A stretch of DNA of 64,000 nt from the human T2T-CHM13v2.0 reference genome, Homo sapiens. Made by a program: the position numbers and the translations under genes. Shown piece after piece: positions 26,645 through 48,725 of the stretch. Position 1 is the first letter of the stretch; every line of letters begins with the position of its first letter. The notes beneath the pieces were generated by a model. That model saw only the letters and a list, made by a program, of their open reading frames with translations. It did not search any database and was not told the DNA's origin. The stretch is from the NCBI RefSeq assembly GCF_009914755.1, contig NC_060943.1; one strand, 5' to 3'.

Positions 26645-27198
26645 TGATCCACCCACCTTGGCCTCCCAAAGTGCTGGGATTACAGGCATGAGCCACTATG
26701 CCCAACCTCACCCAGGTAATTCTTTTAATTAATGAGAGCCCATCTCTACTAAAAATAAAAAATTATCTGAGCATGGTGCCTTGTGCCTGTAGTCTCACCT
26801 ACTCTGGAAGCTGAAGCAGGAGAATTGCTTGAGCCTGAGAGATTGAGGCTTCAGTGAGCTGATTGCACCACTGGACTCCAGCCTGGGCACCAGAGTGAGA
26901 CCTTGTCTCAAAAAAGAAAGAAAGAAAGGGGCCAGGCACTGTGGTTCACAACTGCAATCCCAGCACTTTGGGAGGCCACGGTGGGTGGATTACTTGAGGT
27001 CAGAAGTTTGAGACTAGCCGGGCCAACATGATGAAACCCCGTCTCTACTAAAAATACAAAAATTAGCCTGGCATGGTGGCGCATGCCTGTAATCCCAGCT
27101 ACTCGGGAGGCTGAGGCAGGAGAATTGCTTGAAACCGAGAGATGGAGGTTGCAGTAAGCTGAGATCACTGCACTCCAGCCTGGGTGACAGAATAAGAC

Positions 27199-27223
27199 GA
27201 AAGAGAGAAAGAGAGAGGGAAAG

Positions 27224-27292
<69 letters not shown>

Positions 27293-27456
27293 AGAAAGCA
27301 AGAAGGAAGGAAGGAAGGAAAGAAAGCAGCAGAAAAAGAGGAAGGAAGGGAGGAAGGAAGGAAGGAAGGAAGGGAGGGAGGGAAGGAAGGAAGGAAGGAA
27401 GGAAGGAAGGAAGGAAGGAAGGAAGGAAGGAAGGAAAGAGAGAGAGAGAAAGAAAA
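27199..27456 (+). repeat. Compound polypurine microsatellite (GA)n/(GAAA)n/(GGAA)n incl. 14 consecutive GGAA (27381-27436)
   Basis: Counted in sequence; replaces an Alu tail. Confidence 0.95.
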
Positions 27457-28165
27457 TAGACACACACACAACTCCACAAAACCCACAATTCAGACACACA
27501 GCTCACACACAGGTCTCCAGCATAGACATATTTATACATCCGTTTACTCAAACACTCACAATACAATCACATAAAACAGGCAGACAGTTCACATGCCAAC
27601 ACACTCTTGCACAGACACGCAAACAGAAGCATGGAATTTGTACAGAGCACGCTCACAGTGTCTGATCCATAACTCAGACACGGAGTCACGCCCACAAAGG
27701 CACAGTAGAGGCAGAGTTCACACACAAACAGACCCGCGGGGACCCACGACACAGCCCTCTGACACGAGGACGCCAGGCCAGGGCAGCGTGGGAATGAGGC
27801 TGCAAGGAGGGAGTGAGGTGGAGAGGATGACTCAGGAGGCCTCTCTGGGGGAGGAGGAGGGAAGGGGGAGGAGGGCAGGCATCCAGCGCATGTGGTTTCT
27901 ATTAGGGGCCTGGGAATTGAGGCATGAGCTGGCGGGACAAGGAGACCCAGGAACGCTTCCCAGCCTTACCAAAGCAGGAAGGAGCAGGGCCCTGATCTAA
28001 GGCCATGCGGCCGGAACTTGGCTCAGAACCACAGCCGTTCTAAGGCAGAGTGGTCTGCCCCAAGCCAGGCCCAGCAGGGGGCTCATTTCAACCCCTGCGA
28101 TAGTCCTGGAGAAGATTTCTTTTTATTTTTTCTTCTTTCTTTCTTTCTTTTTTTTTTTTTTCTGA

Positions 28166-28309
<144 letters not shown>

Positions 28310-29810
28310 TAATTTTTGTATTTTTAGTAGAGACAGGGTTTCACCATGTTGGTCAGGCTGGTCTTCAACTCCTGACCTCAGGTGATACGCCTGCCTCGGC
28401 CTCCCAAAGTGCTGGAATTACAGGCATGAGCCACCAAGCTGGGCCCCTTTCTTTCTTTTTTTGAGACAGGGCCTCACTCTGTCACCCAGGCTGGAGTGTG
28501 GTAGCACAATCACAGCTCATTGTAGCCTCGACCTCCCCAGGCTCAGGTGATCCTCCTACCTCAGCCTCCCAGGTAGCTGGTACTACAGGTGCACACCGCC
28601 ACCATGCCCAGCTAATTCTTGTATTTTTTATAGAGATGGGGTTTCACCATGTTGCCCAGGCTGTTCTGGTCTTGAACTCCTGGGCTCAAGTGATCAACTC
28701 GCCTTGGTCTCCCAAAGGGTTGGGATTACAGGCATGAGCCACCCGGCCTGGACTTTTTTCTTTTTTTTTTTTTTTTGAGACAGGGTCTTGCTCTGTCGCC
28801 CAGGCTGGAGTACAGTGGTGCAATCATGGCTCACTGCAGCCTCGACATCCTGGCCTCAGGCAATCCTCCTTGGAGGGTTTCGTAGGGGAGGAAAGTGACA
28901 TTCAGAAAGGTGAAGCAACTTGCCTGAGGTCACACAGCAAGGAGGTAGAGGAGCTAGGATTCAAGCCCTTGTCTCTGTGCAGCCTCCTCTCCCCACCTTG
29001 TAGTAGAGGCCAGGACCCCTCCATTTAAGCTACAAGCAGAGATCAAGAACTGACACCTGGACCAGGCTGCACTGGATTTGTGGCTCTGAAACAGCCAGCT
29101 CTGGCCAGGCGCGGTGGCTCTTGCAAGTAATCCCAGCACTTTGGGAGGCCAAGGCAGATGGATCACTTGAGGCCAGGAATTTGAGACCAGCCTGACCAAT
29201 ATGATGAAACCCTGTCTTTACTAAAAATACCAAAAATTAGTCAAGCGTGGTGGTGTGTGCCTGTAGTCCCAGCTACTGGGGAGACTGAGGCAGGAGAATC
29301 ACTTGAATCCAGGAGGCGGAGGTTGGTGGGCCGAGATCACGCTACTGCACTCCAGCCTGGGGAGCAGAGTGAGGCTCTGTCTCAAAAAAAAAAAGAAAAA
29401 AAAAAGGGAAAGAAAAAGCCAGCCCCATCCTCAAATAACTTAGAGTCAAGAGCGTGCTGTGTGCACATGTGGGCAAGGTTCTCTGGGCGTGTATGGGAGG
29501 CCCTGACGTAGCCTGGGTTGTTTGCCATGAGGGGCGGATGCTGGAGATGAAACCTGAAGGATGCAGAGGAGCTAGCAGGGCTCGGTGGGCAGCAAGAAGA
29601 CCCTGGGGCTGCAAGGTTCAGAGAGTTAGGTCACCTGGTGAGGGACAGTGACAGGGGAAGCCCAAGATTCTAGGTCAGAGGACTTGGGCTTTATCTTAGG
29701 GTTAACAGGGAAGCCTCAGAAGAATGGTGAGAGGAAAGGGACAGGGTGAAGTCTGAGTGACCAGCACGAAGTCCACACCCAGGACAGCTGAACATGTGCC
29801 TCCCCCATAA

Positions 29811-29948
<138 letters not shown>

Positions 29949-30004
29949 TGAGCCCAAGAGTTCCAGACCAGCCTGGGCAACAGGGCAAGACCTCCTCTCT
30001 ATAA

Positions 30005-30038
<34 letters not shown>

Positions 30039-30180
30039 CTACCTGGTCATGGTGATTTGCGCCTTCTATTTGGGAGGATGAGGTGGGAGAATCACTTGAG
30101 CCCAGGAGTTGAAGGCTGCAGTGAGCTATCATTGCACCGCTGCACCCCAGCCTGGGCAAGAGCAAGACCCTGTCTCTTAA

Positions 30181-30279
<99 letters not shown>

Positions 30280-30377
30280 TGAGACCAGCCTGGCCAACAT
30301 GGTGAAACCCCCGTCTCTACTAAAAATACAAAAATTAGCAGGGCGTGGTGGTGCGCACCTGTAGTCCTAGCTACTCA

Positions 30378-30575
<198 letters not shown>

Positions 30576-30956
30576 TCAGGAGATCGATACCATCCTGGCT
30601 AACACGGTGAAACCCCATCTCTACTAAAAATAGAAAAAATTAGCTGGGCATGGTGGCGGGCGCCTGTAGTCCCAGCTACTCAGGAGGCTGAGGCAAGAGA
30701 ATGGCGTGAACCCGGGAGGCGGAGCTTGCAGTCAGCCGAGATAGCGCCACTGCACTCCAGCCTGGGTGAAAGAGCGAGACTCTGTCTAAAAAAAAAAAAA
30801 AAAAAAAAAAAGACGCATGCCAGAATGTTTAAACAGAAACAAAATGGGAAAAACCTAAGAGTTCATGCATAGAATGAGTAACTATGCAGAGGTAAGGTCA
30901 CACGTTACCACTGCACTTTAGCATGGGCAAGAGAGCAATACCCTGTCTCAGAGAGA

Positions 30957-30992
<36 letters not shown>

Positions 30993-31435
30993 CTTGTATC
31001 TACAAGGACAGGCAAAACCTCCAGTTGAGCTAACAAAGCAAGTTGCAAAAGAACATGTTCAACCTTGAACCAGTTAGAGATCATTTAAAAATCTGCCAAA
31101 TCATGTGTGTCATCCATGGATACAGCAGTCCATATGCAGTACATTTGGAAAAGCATTCTGGGAACAGCCATTCCCACACTCAGAGGGGTGGGATAATGGG
31201 GAAAGAGTGTTTCATGGGGACAGTAGTTCAGTCTGGGAAGATGAGAACATTCTGGAGACGAGTGGTGGTGATGGTTGCACAGTAATGCGATCGTACTCAA
31301 GCCACTGGACTATACACTTGAAACTAGTTACAATGGAAAACGTTATGTTATATACATATATATATATTTATTTATTTATTTATTTATTTATTTATTTGAG
31401 ACGTTGTCTGCCTTTGTCACCAGGCTGGAGTGTAG

Positions 31436-31798
<363 letters not shown>

Positions 31799-31860
31799 TA
31801 GGTGAGAGTTCATGATAAGAGTTCTCTCTATTATTTTCTATTTATGTATTAATTAATTAA

Positions 31861-32088
<228 letters not shown>

Positions 32089-32501
32089 TGATCTGGCCTC
32101 CTTGACTTCCCAAAGTGCTGGGATTACAGGCGTGAGCCACCATGCCTGGCTGGTTATTATAAATAGTGCTGCTATGCACATGGGTGTACAAATATGTCTT
32201 TGAGCTTTCGCTCTCAATTCTTTTGCTATATACCCAGAAGTGGGATTGCTCTGCCTGGTACATTTCTTGTTAAAATTTTGTTTTCATTGAGGCATATATT
32301 ATACACAATAAAATTCACTAATCTCTATTTTTTTTTTTTTTTTTTAGACAGGGTCTCATTCTATCATCCAGGCTGGAACGCAGTGGCCCAGTCATGGCTC
32401 ACTGCAGCCTTGACCTCCTGGGCTCAAGTGATACTGTTTCCTCAGCCGCCCTAGAAGCTGGGACTACAGGCACATGCCATTACACCTGGCTAAAGTTTTA
32501 A

Positions 32502-32654
<153 letters not shown>

Positions 32655-32655
32655 T

Positions 32656-32781
32656 GATATTATATATATACATATATATACACACATATATGTGTGTGTA
32701 TATATACATATATGTGTGTGTGTGTGTGTGTATATATGTGTGTGTGTGTATGTGTGTGTGTGTATATATATATGTATATAT
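32656..32781. repeat. (TA)n/(TG)n/(CA)n alternating purine-pyrimidine microsatellite
   Basis: Seen directly. Confidence 0.95.
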
Positions 32782-32902
32782 TTGCTTACTGCCTGTCAAC
32801 CATCCTAAAGTGTTAACTCCAGCAGGGCAAGGATCTTTGTTTGTTTCATGGCTGTCTCCCCAGAGCCTACGCCATTGCACTCTAGTGCCTGGAGCATAGT
32901 AG

Positions 32903-33349
<447 letters not shown>

Positions 33350-33511
33350 TGAGGCTGCAGTTTTCCAGGTCTAACATGTGCCAGCCAGGTCTCATGATGC
33401 AGTAGTTTTGTGTATGACAATGACAGTCTCTCTCTCCAGGTGTGGCTCTGTCTCTGCAAATGGATTTCTGAACACCAATGTGTGTGTGTGAAGGGAGCTC
33501 TGGGTGTGTGT

Positions 33512-34817
<1,306 letters not shown>

Positions 34818-35532
34818 GCTGGGAGTGTGTGACTGTGTGTGTGCCCTGCTATTGGTGCCAGTGTGTCTGAACCTGGCTGAGGATGTGGGTGTGTGTACGG
34901 GAGTTTGGAACATGACCTGCAGCCGTGGCAGGGGTGACAAGAGAAAAGTCTGACTTTGAGGGTCCTTGGTTCTGATATATAATTGTGTGTGAGTGTCCCC
35001 ATCAAAGTTGTGGCCGGGCACGGTGGCTCATGCCTGTAATCCCAGCACTTTGAGAGGTCAAGGCAGGCGGATCGCCTGAGGTCAGGAGTTTGAGACTAGC
35101 CTCGCCAACATTGCCAAACCCCGTCTCTAATAAAAATTTAAAAAAAAAAAAAAAAAAAGCTAGGAATGGTGGCACACACCTGTAGTCCCAGCTACTCAGG
35201 AGGCTGAGTCAGAGGAATTGCTTGAACCTGGGAGGCGGAGGTTGCAGTGAGCCAAGATTGTGCCACTGCCACTGCATTCCAGCCTGGGCAACAGGGCAAG
35301 ACTTCATCTCAAACAAAACAAAACGAAGTTATGGGTATGCGTGTGTAAAATTCCCTGCTAGGCCCGGCACCCTGGCTAACACCTGTCATCCCAGCACTTT
35401 GAGAGGCTGAGGCAGGAGAACCGCTTGAGCTCAGGAGTTCCAGACCAGCCTGGGCAACATAGTGAGCCCTTGTCTCTACAAAAGATTTAAAAATTAGGTG
35501 GGTGTGGTGGCACGAGCCTGTGGTCCCAGCTA

Positions 35533-35960
<428 letters not shown>

Positions 35961-36276
35961 CTAAACAAATAAACTCCCCTACCATATCCGCCCCGCGCCT
36001 GACCACAGCCATCTCTGTATAAAGCCACAGGCGGCCCCCACTCTGGCCACCCCACTCCACCCCTGGCTGGAACACTGGGTGTCAGTAATTGCTCAGGGAG
36101 CACTAGCAGTGTGATTAATTATGGCTGCTAAATATGTAAATCAGCTGGGGGTTTTCCGGGCAGCCGCCTGGGTGCTGGCACTAATGTTGAATAAACACAA
36201 GGAGCTTAGCAAGGCCCAGAATTCCCTTCTCACACCTTTGTCAATTAACGTTTCATTTATGGGGTTGGGTTTCTCA

Positions 36277-36846
<570 letters not shown>

Positions 36847-37014
36847 CTACTAAAGATGCAAAAATTAGCTGGGTGTGATGGCACGTGCCTGTAGTCCCAG
36901 TTGCTCAGGAGGCTGAGACAGGAGAATTGCTTGAACCCAGGAGGCAAAGGCTGCAGTGAGCTGAGATCATGCTACTGTACTCCAGCCTGGTCAACAGAGC
37001 AAGACTCTGTCTCA

Positions 37015-37173
<159 letters not shown>

Positions 37174-37657
37174 CTACTAAAAATACAAAAATTAGTTGGG
37201 CATGGTGGCACACGCCCATAATCCCAGGTACACGGGAGCCTGAGGCAGGAGAATCGCTTGATCTCAGGAGGCAGAATTTGCAGTGAGCTGAGCTCACGCC
37301 ATTGCTCTCAAGCCTGGGTGACAGAGCGAAACTCCTTCTCAAAAATAAATAAATAAATAAATAATAATAATTAAAATAAAATAAATATAAATAAAAAGAA
37401 AGGGAGATATTAAAGTGGACTGTGATAATTAAGAAAGAGAATACATGTAAAGTGCTGAGCCCAGGGGTGTAATTTTGAAAAACGGCAACAGCCAAAATTC
37501 CCTTAAGAGAGAGAATGGCTTTTTGTTTAGCAAAATGTTTGTGTTTTTTGTTTTTCGTTTTTAAGAGATGGGATCTTGGTATGTTGCCCATGTTGACTTG
37601 AAGTCCTGGGCTCAAACTCACTCCAGATCTCCCACCTTAGGCTCCTAAATAGCTTGA

Positions 37658-37928
<271 letters not shown>

Positions 37929-38310
37929 TAGCCAGGATGGTCTCGATCTCCTGACCTCATGATCCACCCACCTTGGCCTCCCAAAGTGCTGGGATTACAG
38001 GCGTGAGCCACCGCGTCTGGCCGATGGTCTTCATCACTTTCTAGTTCTAGACTTTGGATAAATTATTCCACCTCTCTCTGTTCCTCAGTTTCTTTATCTG
38101 CACCACAGAGATAATAATAGAACATCCCTCAAAGGTTGTTATGTGGGATAATTAAATTAATCGAGGTAAAACATTTGATGAACAGTGTCTGGCATATGAG
38201 TAATAAATGGCAACTATGATTAAGATTAATAGTGTTAGTTGAGGCTGGGCATGGTGTCTCACGCCTGTAATCCCAGCACTTTGGGAAGCTGAGGCTGAAT
38301 GATCCCTTGA

Positions 38311-38589
<279 letters not shown>

Positions 38590-38669
38590 TGATCCACCCG
38601 CCTTGGCCTCCCAAAGTGCTGGGATTACAGGTGTGAGCCACTGTGCCCAGCCGAGACCCTGTCTCTCTG

Positions 38670-38823
38670 TTTTTTTTTTTTAATTATACTTTAAGTTCTA
38701 GGGTACATGTGCACAACGTGCAGGTTTGTTACATAGGTATACATGTGCCATGTTGGTGTGCTGCACCCATTAACTCATTTACATTAGGTATATCTCCTAA
38801 TGCTATCCCTCCCCCCTCCCCCC
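38670..38823 (-). mobile_element. 5'-truncated L1PA 3' end (~150 bp) with TSD
   Basis: polyT + TATACTTTAAGTTCTAGGGTACATGTGCACAACGTGCAGG...; TSD AGACCCTGTCTCT. Confidence 0.9.
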
Positions 38824-38917
38824 AGACCCTGTCTCTTTAAAAAAGTTTAAAAATTGGCTGGGCGCGGTGGCTCATGCCTGTAATCCCAGCATTTAGGAGG
38901 CCAAGATGTGTGGATCA

Positions 38918-39347
<430 letters not shown>

Positions 39348-39570
39348 TCATCAACCTCTGGGCACCAACAGTCTTCATGGAGTCAGGACTCTTAGCAACG
39401 TTGATTCAATGAATGAGGACAAGTATTCAGGTGGCCTTAAGGGGCTGGTGGCAGGAGTAGTAGGGTGAGAGCCTTGGGTTTGAGGGAGAAAACTCACCCC
39501 AACCTGAAGTTTCTACCCACCCAATCCCATCTGACCCAACTCAACTCACACCATTTCTCCATCACTCCTA

Positions 39571-40047
<477 letters not shown>

Positions 40048-40088
40048 TCATTTATTTGTATTTATTCCTTTTTTTTTTTTTTTTTTAG

Positions 40089-40256
<168 letters not shown>

Positions 40257-40675
40257 TAGAGATGGGGTCTTGCTATGTTGCCTAGGCTGGTCTGGAACTC
40301 CTGGCCTCAAGCGATCCTCCTGCCTTGGCCTCCCAAAATGCTGGGGTTGCAGGAGTGAGCCACCTCACCTAGCGTGATTCCATTTATATGAAATGGATAT
40401 TTCTGTCCAGAATAGGCAAATCCTTAGAGACAGAAAGCAGATTCGTGGTTGCCTACAGCTGGGAGGTTGGAAAGACATGAGTGACCACTAATGGGTATAG
40501 GATTTCTTTTAATTACACAGCTTAAATGGGTGAATTATATGGTAATGAATGGTAATGAATTATATGGTAATGGGTAAATGAATTCTATCTCAATAAATCA
40601 GTTAAAAATATACCTCAAACCAACATCTTACTCCTAATTCAAATCATCCCAAACCAAATTTTTTTTTTTTTTTGA

Positions 40676-40786
<111 letters not shown>

Positions 40787-41480
40787 TAGCTGAAACCACA
40801 GGCATGCTCCTCCATGCCTAGCTAATTAAAAAAAATTTTTTTGTAAAGAGGCCAAACTTCTGGTTTAAGCTGACTTGGGCCTCCCAGCCCAAGCTGACAA
40901 TTTTCAACTTTTCCTCTAGGAGCCTGGGTGAATAAATAGGCCTATAATCTCCAGTGAGTCTCATTATAATTGCATTCCCAAAAGACATACCTAATTAATA
41001 CAGGTGGTGACAGGTACCTCAGATGAGACAAGAGCCAGATCCCAAGACAGATATGGGCCACATCAGATGAAAGAGATCAAGAGCTGGGTGAGGTGGCTCG
41101 TACCTGTAATCTCAGCAGCTCAGGAGGCTGAGGTGGGAGGATTGCTTGAGGCTAGTAGTTTGAGACAAGCCTGGGCAACAAAGAAAGACACCATCTGTAC
41201 ACAAACACACACACACACACACACAAAACAACCCAGCTGGGTGTGATGGTGCATGCCTGTGGTCCCAGGTACTCAGGAGGCTGAAGAAGGAGGATCACTC
41301 GAGTCCCAGAGTTGGAGGCTGCAGTGAGCCATTATCATGCCCTTGCACTCCAGACTGGGCGACAGAGTGAGACCCAGTCTCTAAAAACGAGCAAACAAGG
41401 GCTGAGCGTGGTGGCTCACATCTGTAATCCCAGCACTTTGGGAGATCAAGGCGGGCGGATCACCTGAAGTCAGGAGTTCA

Positions 41481-41720
<240 letters not shown>

Positions 41721-41744
41721 TTAAAAAAGAAATACACAGAGACA

Positions 41745-42598
41745 GAAACACAGTTCATCAGTTTATTCTCAGATTTGAGATGCAAATTATGCCCTATGGC
41801 CTGGCGGTGGGGGGCCGGGCTTGGGCTGGAATCTCTCATCATATCCCAGCCTTCCCTAAGGAGGAAGCAGATGAAATCTACAACAGGGGGGACTTTCCCT
41901 TTTAATACAGACCCAGGTATAAATAGGGCAGCACCATTAGGATCCTGATTCACCCCCCCAACATCTTGGTCCCCAAACCACCTGGCATGGCAAGGTGAGC
42001 CTGGGGAGGTGAGGGGCAGGGGGAGGGGATTTGCAGAGCTGGGCTGAGGCAGGAAAAGAAACACAACCCAGTCAAGGGAAGTCCCTCTTCCCTCTGTAGT
42101 CCGACCTCAGTCCTTTCACCGTGGAAGTAGAAAGGATCAAAGGGGGTGGGGGTAGGGGTCCCAGCCTGGGATCAGGAGACATCCAGTGCTTAACTCTGGG
42201 GAGGGGTAGCACCAAAAGGTGTGAAGGGCAGCGACGGAGGAGTGAGGAGGCAGGCATTGGGGGTGGGGGGGCTTTTGTTCATCAGCTCTGAGTTAGAAGC
42301 TCATTGCATGGGGGTTCAAGGGGTGGGGAGGTGAGGCTTGGGTGGGGAGGGAGGGGAGAAAGAGCCAGACTGCAGTATGCCACCTGGAATGGGGTGAGAG
42401 GAGGCTGGACCCTTGGGCCAGGGAACCCCAGCCCCCAGCACCCTGGAAAGGAGAAGGAATGACTGACCGTGATGAGCGAAGTCACATCCCATTGGCTCCA
42501 TAGTCACAGGTAACGAAAAATACGGTGGCTTCAAAGCCTCAGCACCAAATGCACCCCATTCTGGGGCTCCCTCACGGTCCCTCCCACCCCGGACACTC
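41745..42598 (-). other. COL5A3: COL5A3 3'UTR
   Basis: Repeat-free sequence between TGA and AATAAA; 3' end approximate. Confidence 0.85.
41762..41767 (-). terminator. COL5A3: Polyadenylation signal AATAAA
   Basis: AATAAACTGATGAACTGTGTTTCTGTCTCTGTGTATTTCTTTTT: PAS followed by GU/U-rich element; weaker ATTAAA at 41901-41906. Confidence 0.85.
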
Positions 42599-42745
42599 TC
42601 AGCTGCTGAAGCAGACGGGGCCCAGTTCAAACCCAAACTTTTGGTTCGTCTGGCCAAAGTCAGTGGCCGCCACATCCCACAGGGGCAGAAATCCCGCTCG
42701 AGAAGAGCTGAATTCGAAAAGGGTCTTCGTCTGTCCTTTCCGGAG
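42599..42745 (-). CDS. COL5A3: COL5A3 exon 67 (last): LRKGQTKTLFEF...FGFELGPVCFSS*
   Basis: 147 nt, CAG acceptor, fibrillar collagen C-terminal GPVCF motif, TGA. Confidence 0.96.
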   Translation of the reverse strand, partial: LRKGQTKTLFEFSSSRAGFLPLWDVAATDFGQTNQKFGFELGPVCFSS

Positions 42746-42838
42746 CTGTCCCCAGAGAAGACAGAGACGGTGAGTTACCGGGAAGGTGGCCGACATCTTG
42801 CCTCCCCTCTCTAGCTGGCCACTGCCCCACCCTCTTAC

Positions 42839-43078
42839 CCGGCAGCCATCCTGGGGGACGCTGACAGTGGCTGCTGTCGTCTGGTTGAAAGACAGCTCCT
42901 CTCCATTGGTGCCAAGGAAGCGGGCGGAGTGGCTGTAGTCACCCGTGGCTTCGTCCAGCCAGGCAGCTGCATTCTGGCAGGAGTAGGTGAAGTTCTGGCG
43001 AGCTGTGGCACTCAGCAGTTTCAGGAAGTTCAGCTGCACGACATTCACTGGGGACCCGTCGGCGTCCACGTAGGAGAA
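42839..43078 (-). CDS. COL5A3: COL5A3 exon 66: FSYVDADGSP...QNFTYSC...VPQDGCR
   Basis: 240 nt, AG/GT, COLFI motifs. Confidence 0.96.
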
Positions 43079-43439
43079 CTGGTGAGAGGAGGGCAAGGCA
43101 GAGGATGAGGGGCTCCATGAGCCTCTTTCTGCAGAAGCCACCCCCTGGAATCTCCATCCACTGGCAGACAAGCCACCCCCCCCATGTCACCATCTCTGAG
43201 GAGGTCCCACCAGCCACCTAGAGATCCCTGGCAGAATCCCAAGAGTCACCTGAACATCCACTCTGTCCACCTCTCCATCCAGTAGGCCTCCATGCCCACT
43301 CCATCTGACCTCCCAAATTCTGATTGCTTCATCCACCAATCCAGGGTTTTAACACACTCATCCCCACCCAGAAGACACAACTCTGCCTCCACTCTTGTGA
43401 GTCGCTGGATCTACAGAGCTCACTGTCCCTGATACCAGA

Positions 43440-44300
<861 letters not shown>

Positions 44301-45006
44301 TTTTTTTTTTTTGAGACGGAATCTCGCTCTGTTGCCCAGGCTGGAGTGCAGTGGCACGGTTTTGGCTCACTGCAACCTCTTCCTCCAGGGCTCAAGTGAT
44401 TTTCCTGCCTCAGCCTCCTGAGTAGCTGGGATTACAGGCACACATCACCATGTCTGGCTAATTTTTTGTATTTTTAGCAGAGATGGGGTTTTACAATGTT
44501 GGCCAGGCTGGTCTTGAACTCCTGACCTCAGGTGATCCGCCTACCTTGGCCTCCCAAAGTGCTGGAATTACAGGCCACTGTACCCAGCCATGTGGCTTTT
44601 TCTTCTTCAAATTCACCAGACCCTGTCTTGACTGAGCCTTTGCATATGCCTTTCCCTCTCCCTGGAACACTTGTCCTTGTCCTTCCTAGCTTGCTAACAC
44701 AGTGCATTCTTTAGGCTTCAGATGAGCTGTGATCTCTACTAGGAAGCCTTCTGGTCTTTCCAACACTGCCTCTAAATTTCCACCATGCCCTGTGCTTCCC
44801 CTATCCTGGCACCATCATTCTGTATGGCAATTGACTGCCTGTTACACATCTGATGCTGCTGCCACCCCACCTCCAGCTTGCGATCCCTAGGAAGGTAGAG
44901 GAAAGCCTATCCTCTTCATCTCACCTCTCAGAACCCACCCCTCAAACCCCCCTGCTGGTTCCCATCAATTTTCATGTCACTCCCCATCTCGGCCTCGGTG
45001 ACTCAC

Positions 45007-45075
45007 CTTCTTCCCTCGACGGAATGTGCTATACCAGCCTCCAGGCTTTTCCTTGGACCAGGAGGCCAATTTCAC
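45007..45075 (-). CDS. COL5A3: COL5A3 exon 65: VKLASWSKEKPGGWYSTFRRGKK
   Basis: 69 nt, TTCCAG acceptor, GTGAGT donor, in frame. Confidence 0.94.
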
Positions 45076-45179
45076 CTGGAAGAGAAAAGGGAGGGTCACT
45101 GTAGCTGACGCCCTTGGTGCCATCTAGATCTCATCTGCATTTCCCTCCTCACACAGTAGGCTGTTGTGACTATGTCAGG

Positions 45180-45390
45180 ATGTTCTCTGGCTTCTGGGAT
45201 GGACGAGCTCTGCCAGTGCACAATGGGGGAAGGAGGTTCATGCCCCTGAGGCAGCCCTCACCCAATGACTAATGGGAGTTGGTGGATAAATACCCCAGCT
45301 CCCTCACCTCCAAGGGGGATAACTCTCAGGTGCCTGTGCTACACAGTCTCCCAGGGCTCCCCAGTGGGATTGAGCTCTGGGTCTCCAATG
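45180..45390. mobile_element. LTR16-like ERVL fragment
   Basis: GGCAGCCCTCACCCAATGACTAATGGGAGTTGGTGGATAAATACCCCAGCTCCCTC. Confidence 0.6.
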
Positions 45391-45409
45391 GCACCATTTT
45401 ATTTTAATT

Positions 45410-48325
<2,916 letters not shown>

Positions 48326-48503
48326 TTTTTTCTTTTTGATCCTCTGCTGTAGTCCCAGCTCTTGAGGCAGGACTTGGCATACAGTAAGTGCTCAATAAAT
48401 GCCGGTTGAAGGAAGGATAACGTCCCAGACAAGGTGGTTGTGGGTGTGGGGAGCAGGGGACAGCACTTCCTGGGGGAGGCGATGAGAGGTTTGGGTTACT
48501 CAC

Positions 48504-48616
48504 GATCTCAAACTTCTTGTCGGGATAGAGGCAGGTCTCTCCTCCCGCCGTGAAGTTGCAAAAAACCCTGAACGAGTCCCGCGCGCAGCCCTGGTTGGGG
48601 TCAATCCAGTATTCCC
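48504..48616 (-). CDS. COL5A3: COL5A3 exon 64: (G)[37 protein letters not shown]
   Basis: 113 nt, phase 1 to 0, WIDPNQGC motif. Confidence 0.96.
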
Positions 48617-48725
48617 CTGCCGCAGAGCCAGGCAGGGTGGGTGAGTCCGGATGGGACCCGACGGACCCCAACCCCCCCCACACCCCCACTCCGCCCATCC
48701 AAGTGGCGGGGGGACCGGACCTCAC

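Noticed and set aside
26908-27665. Low-complexity ORFs (LPSF/RKEG repeats)
   Set aside because: Translations of the GGAA/GA microsatellite
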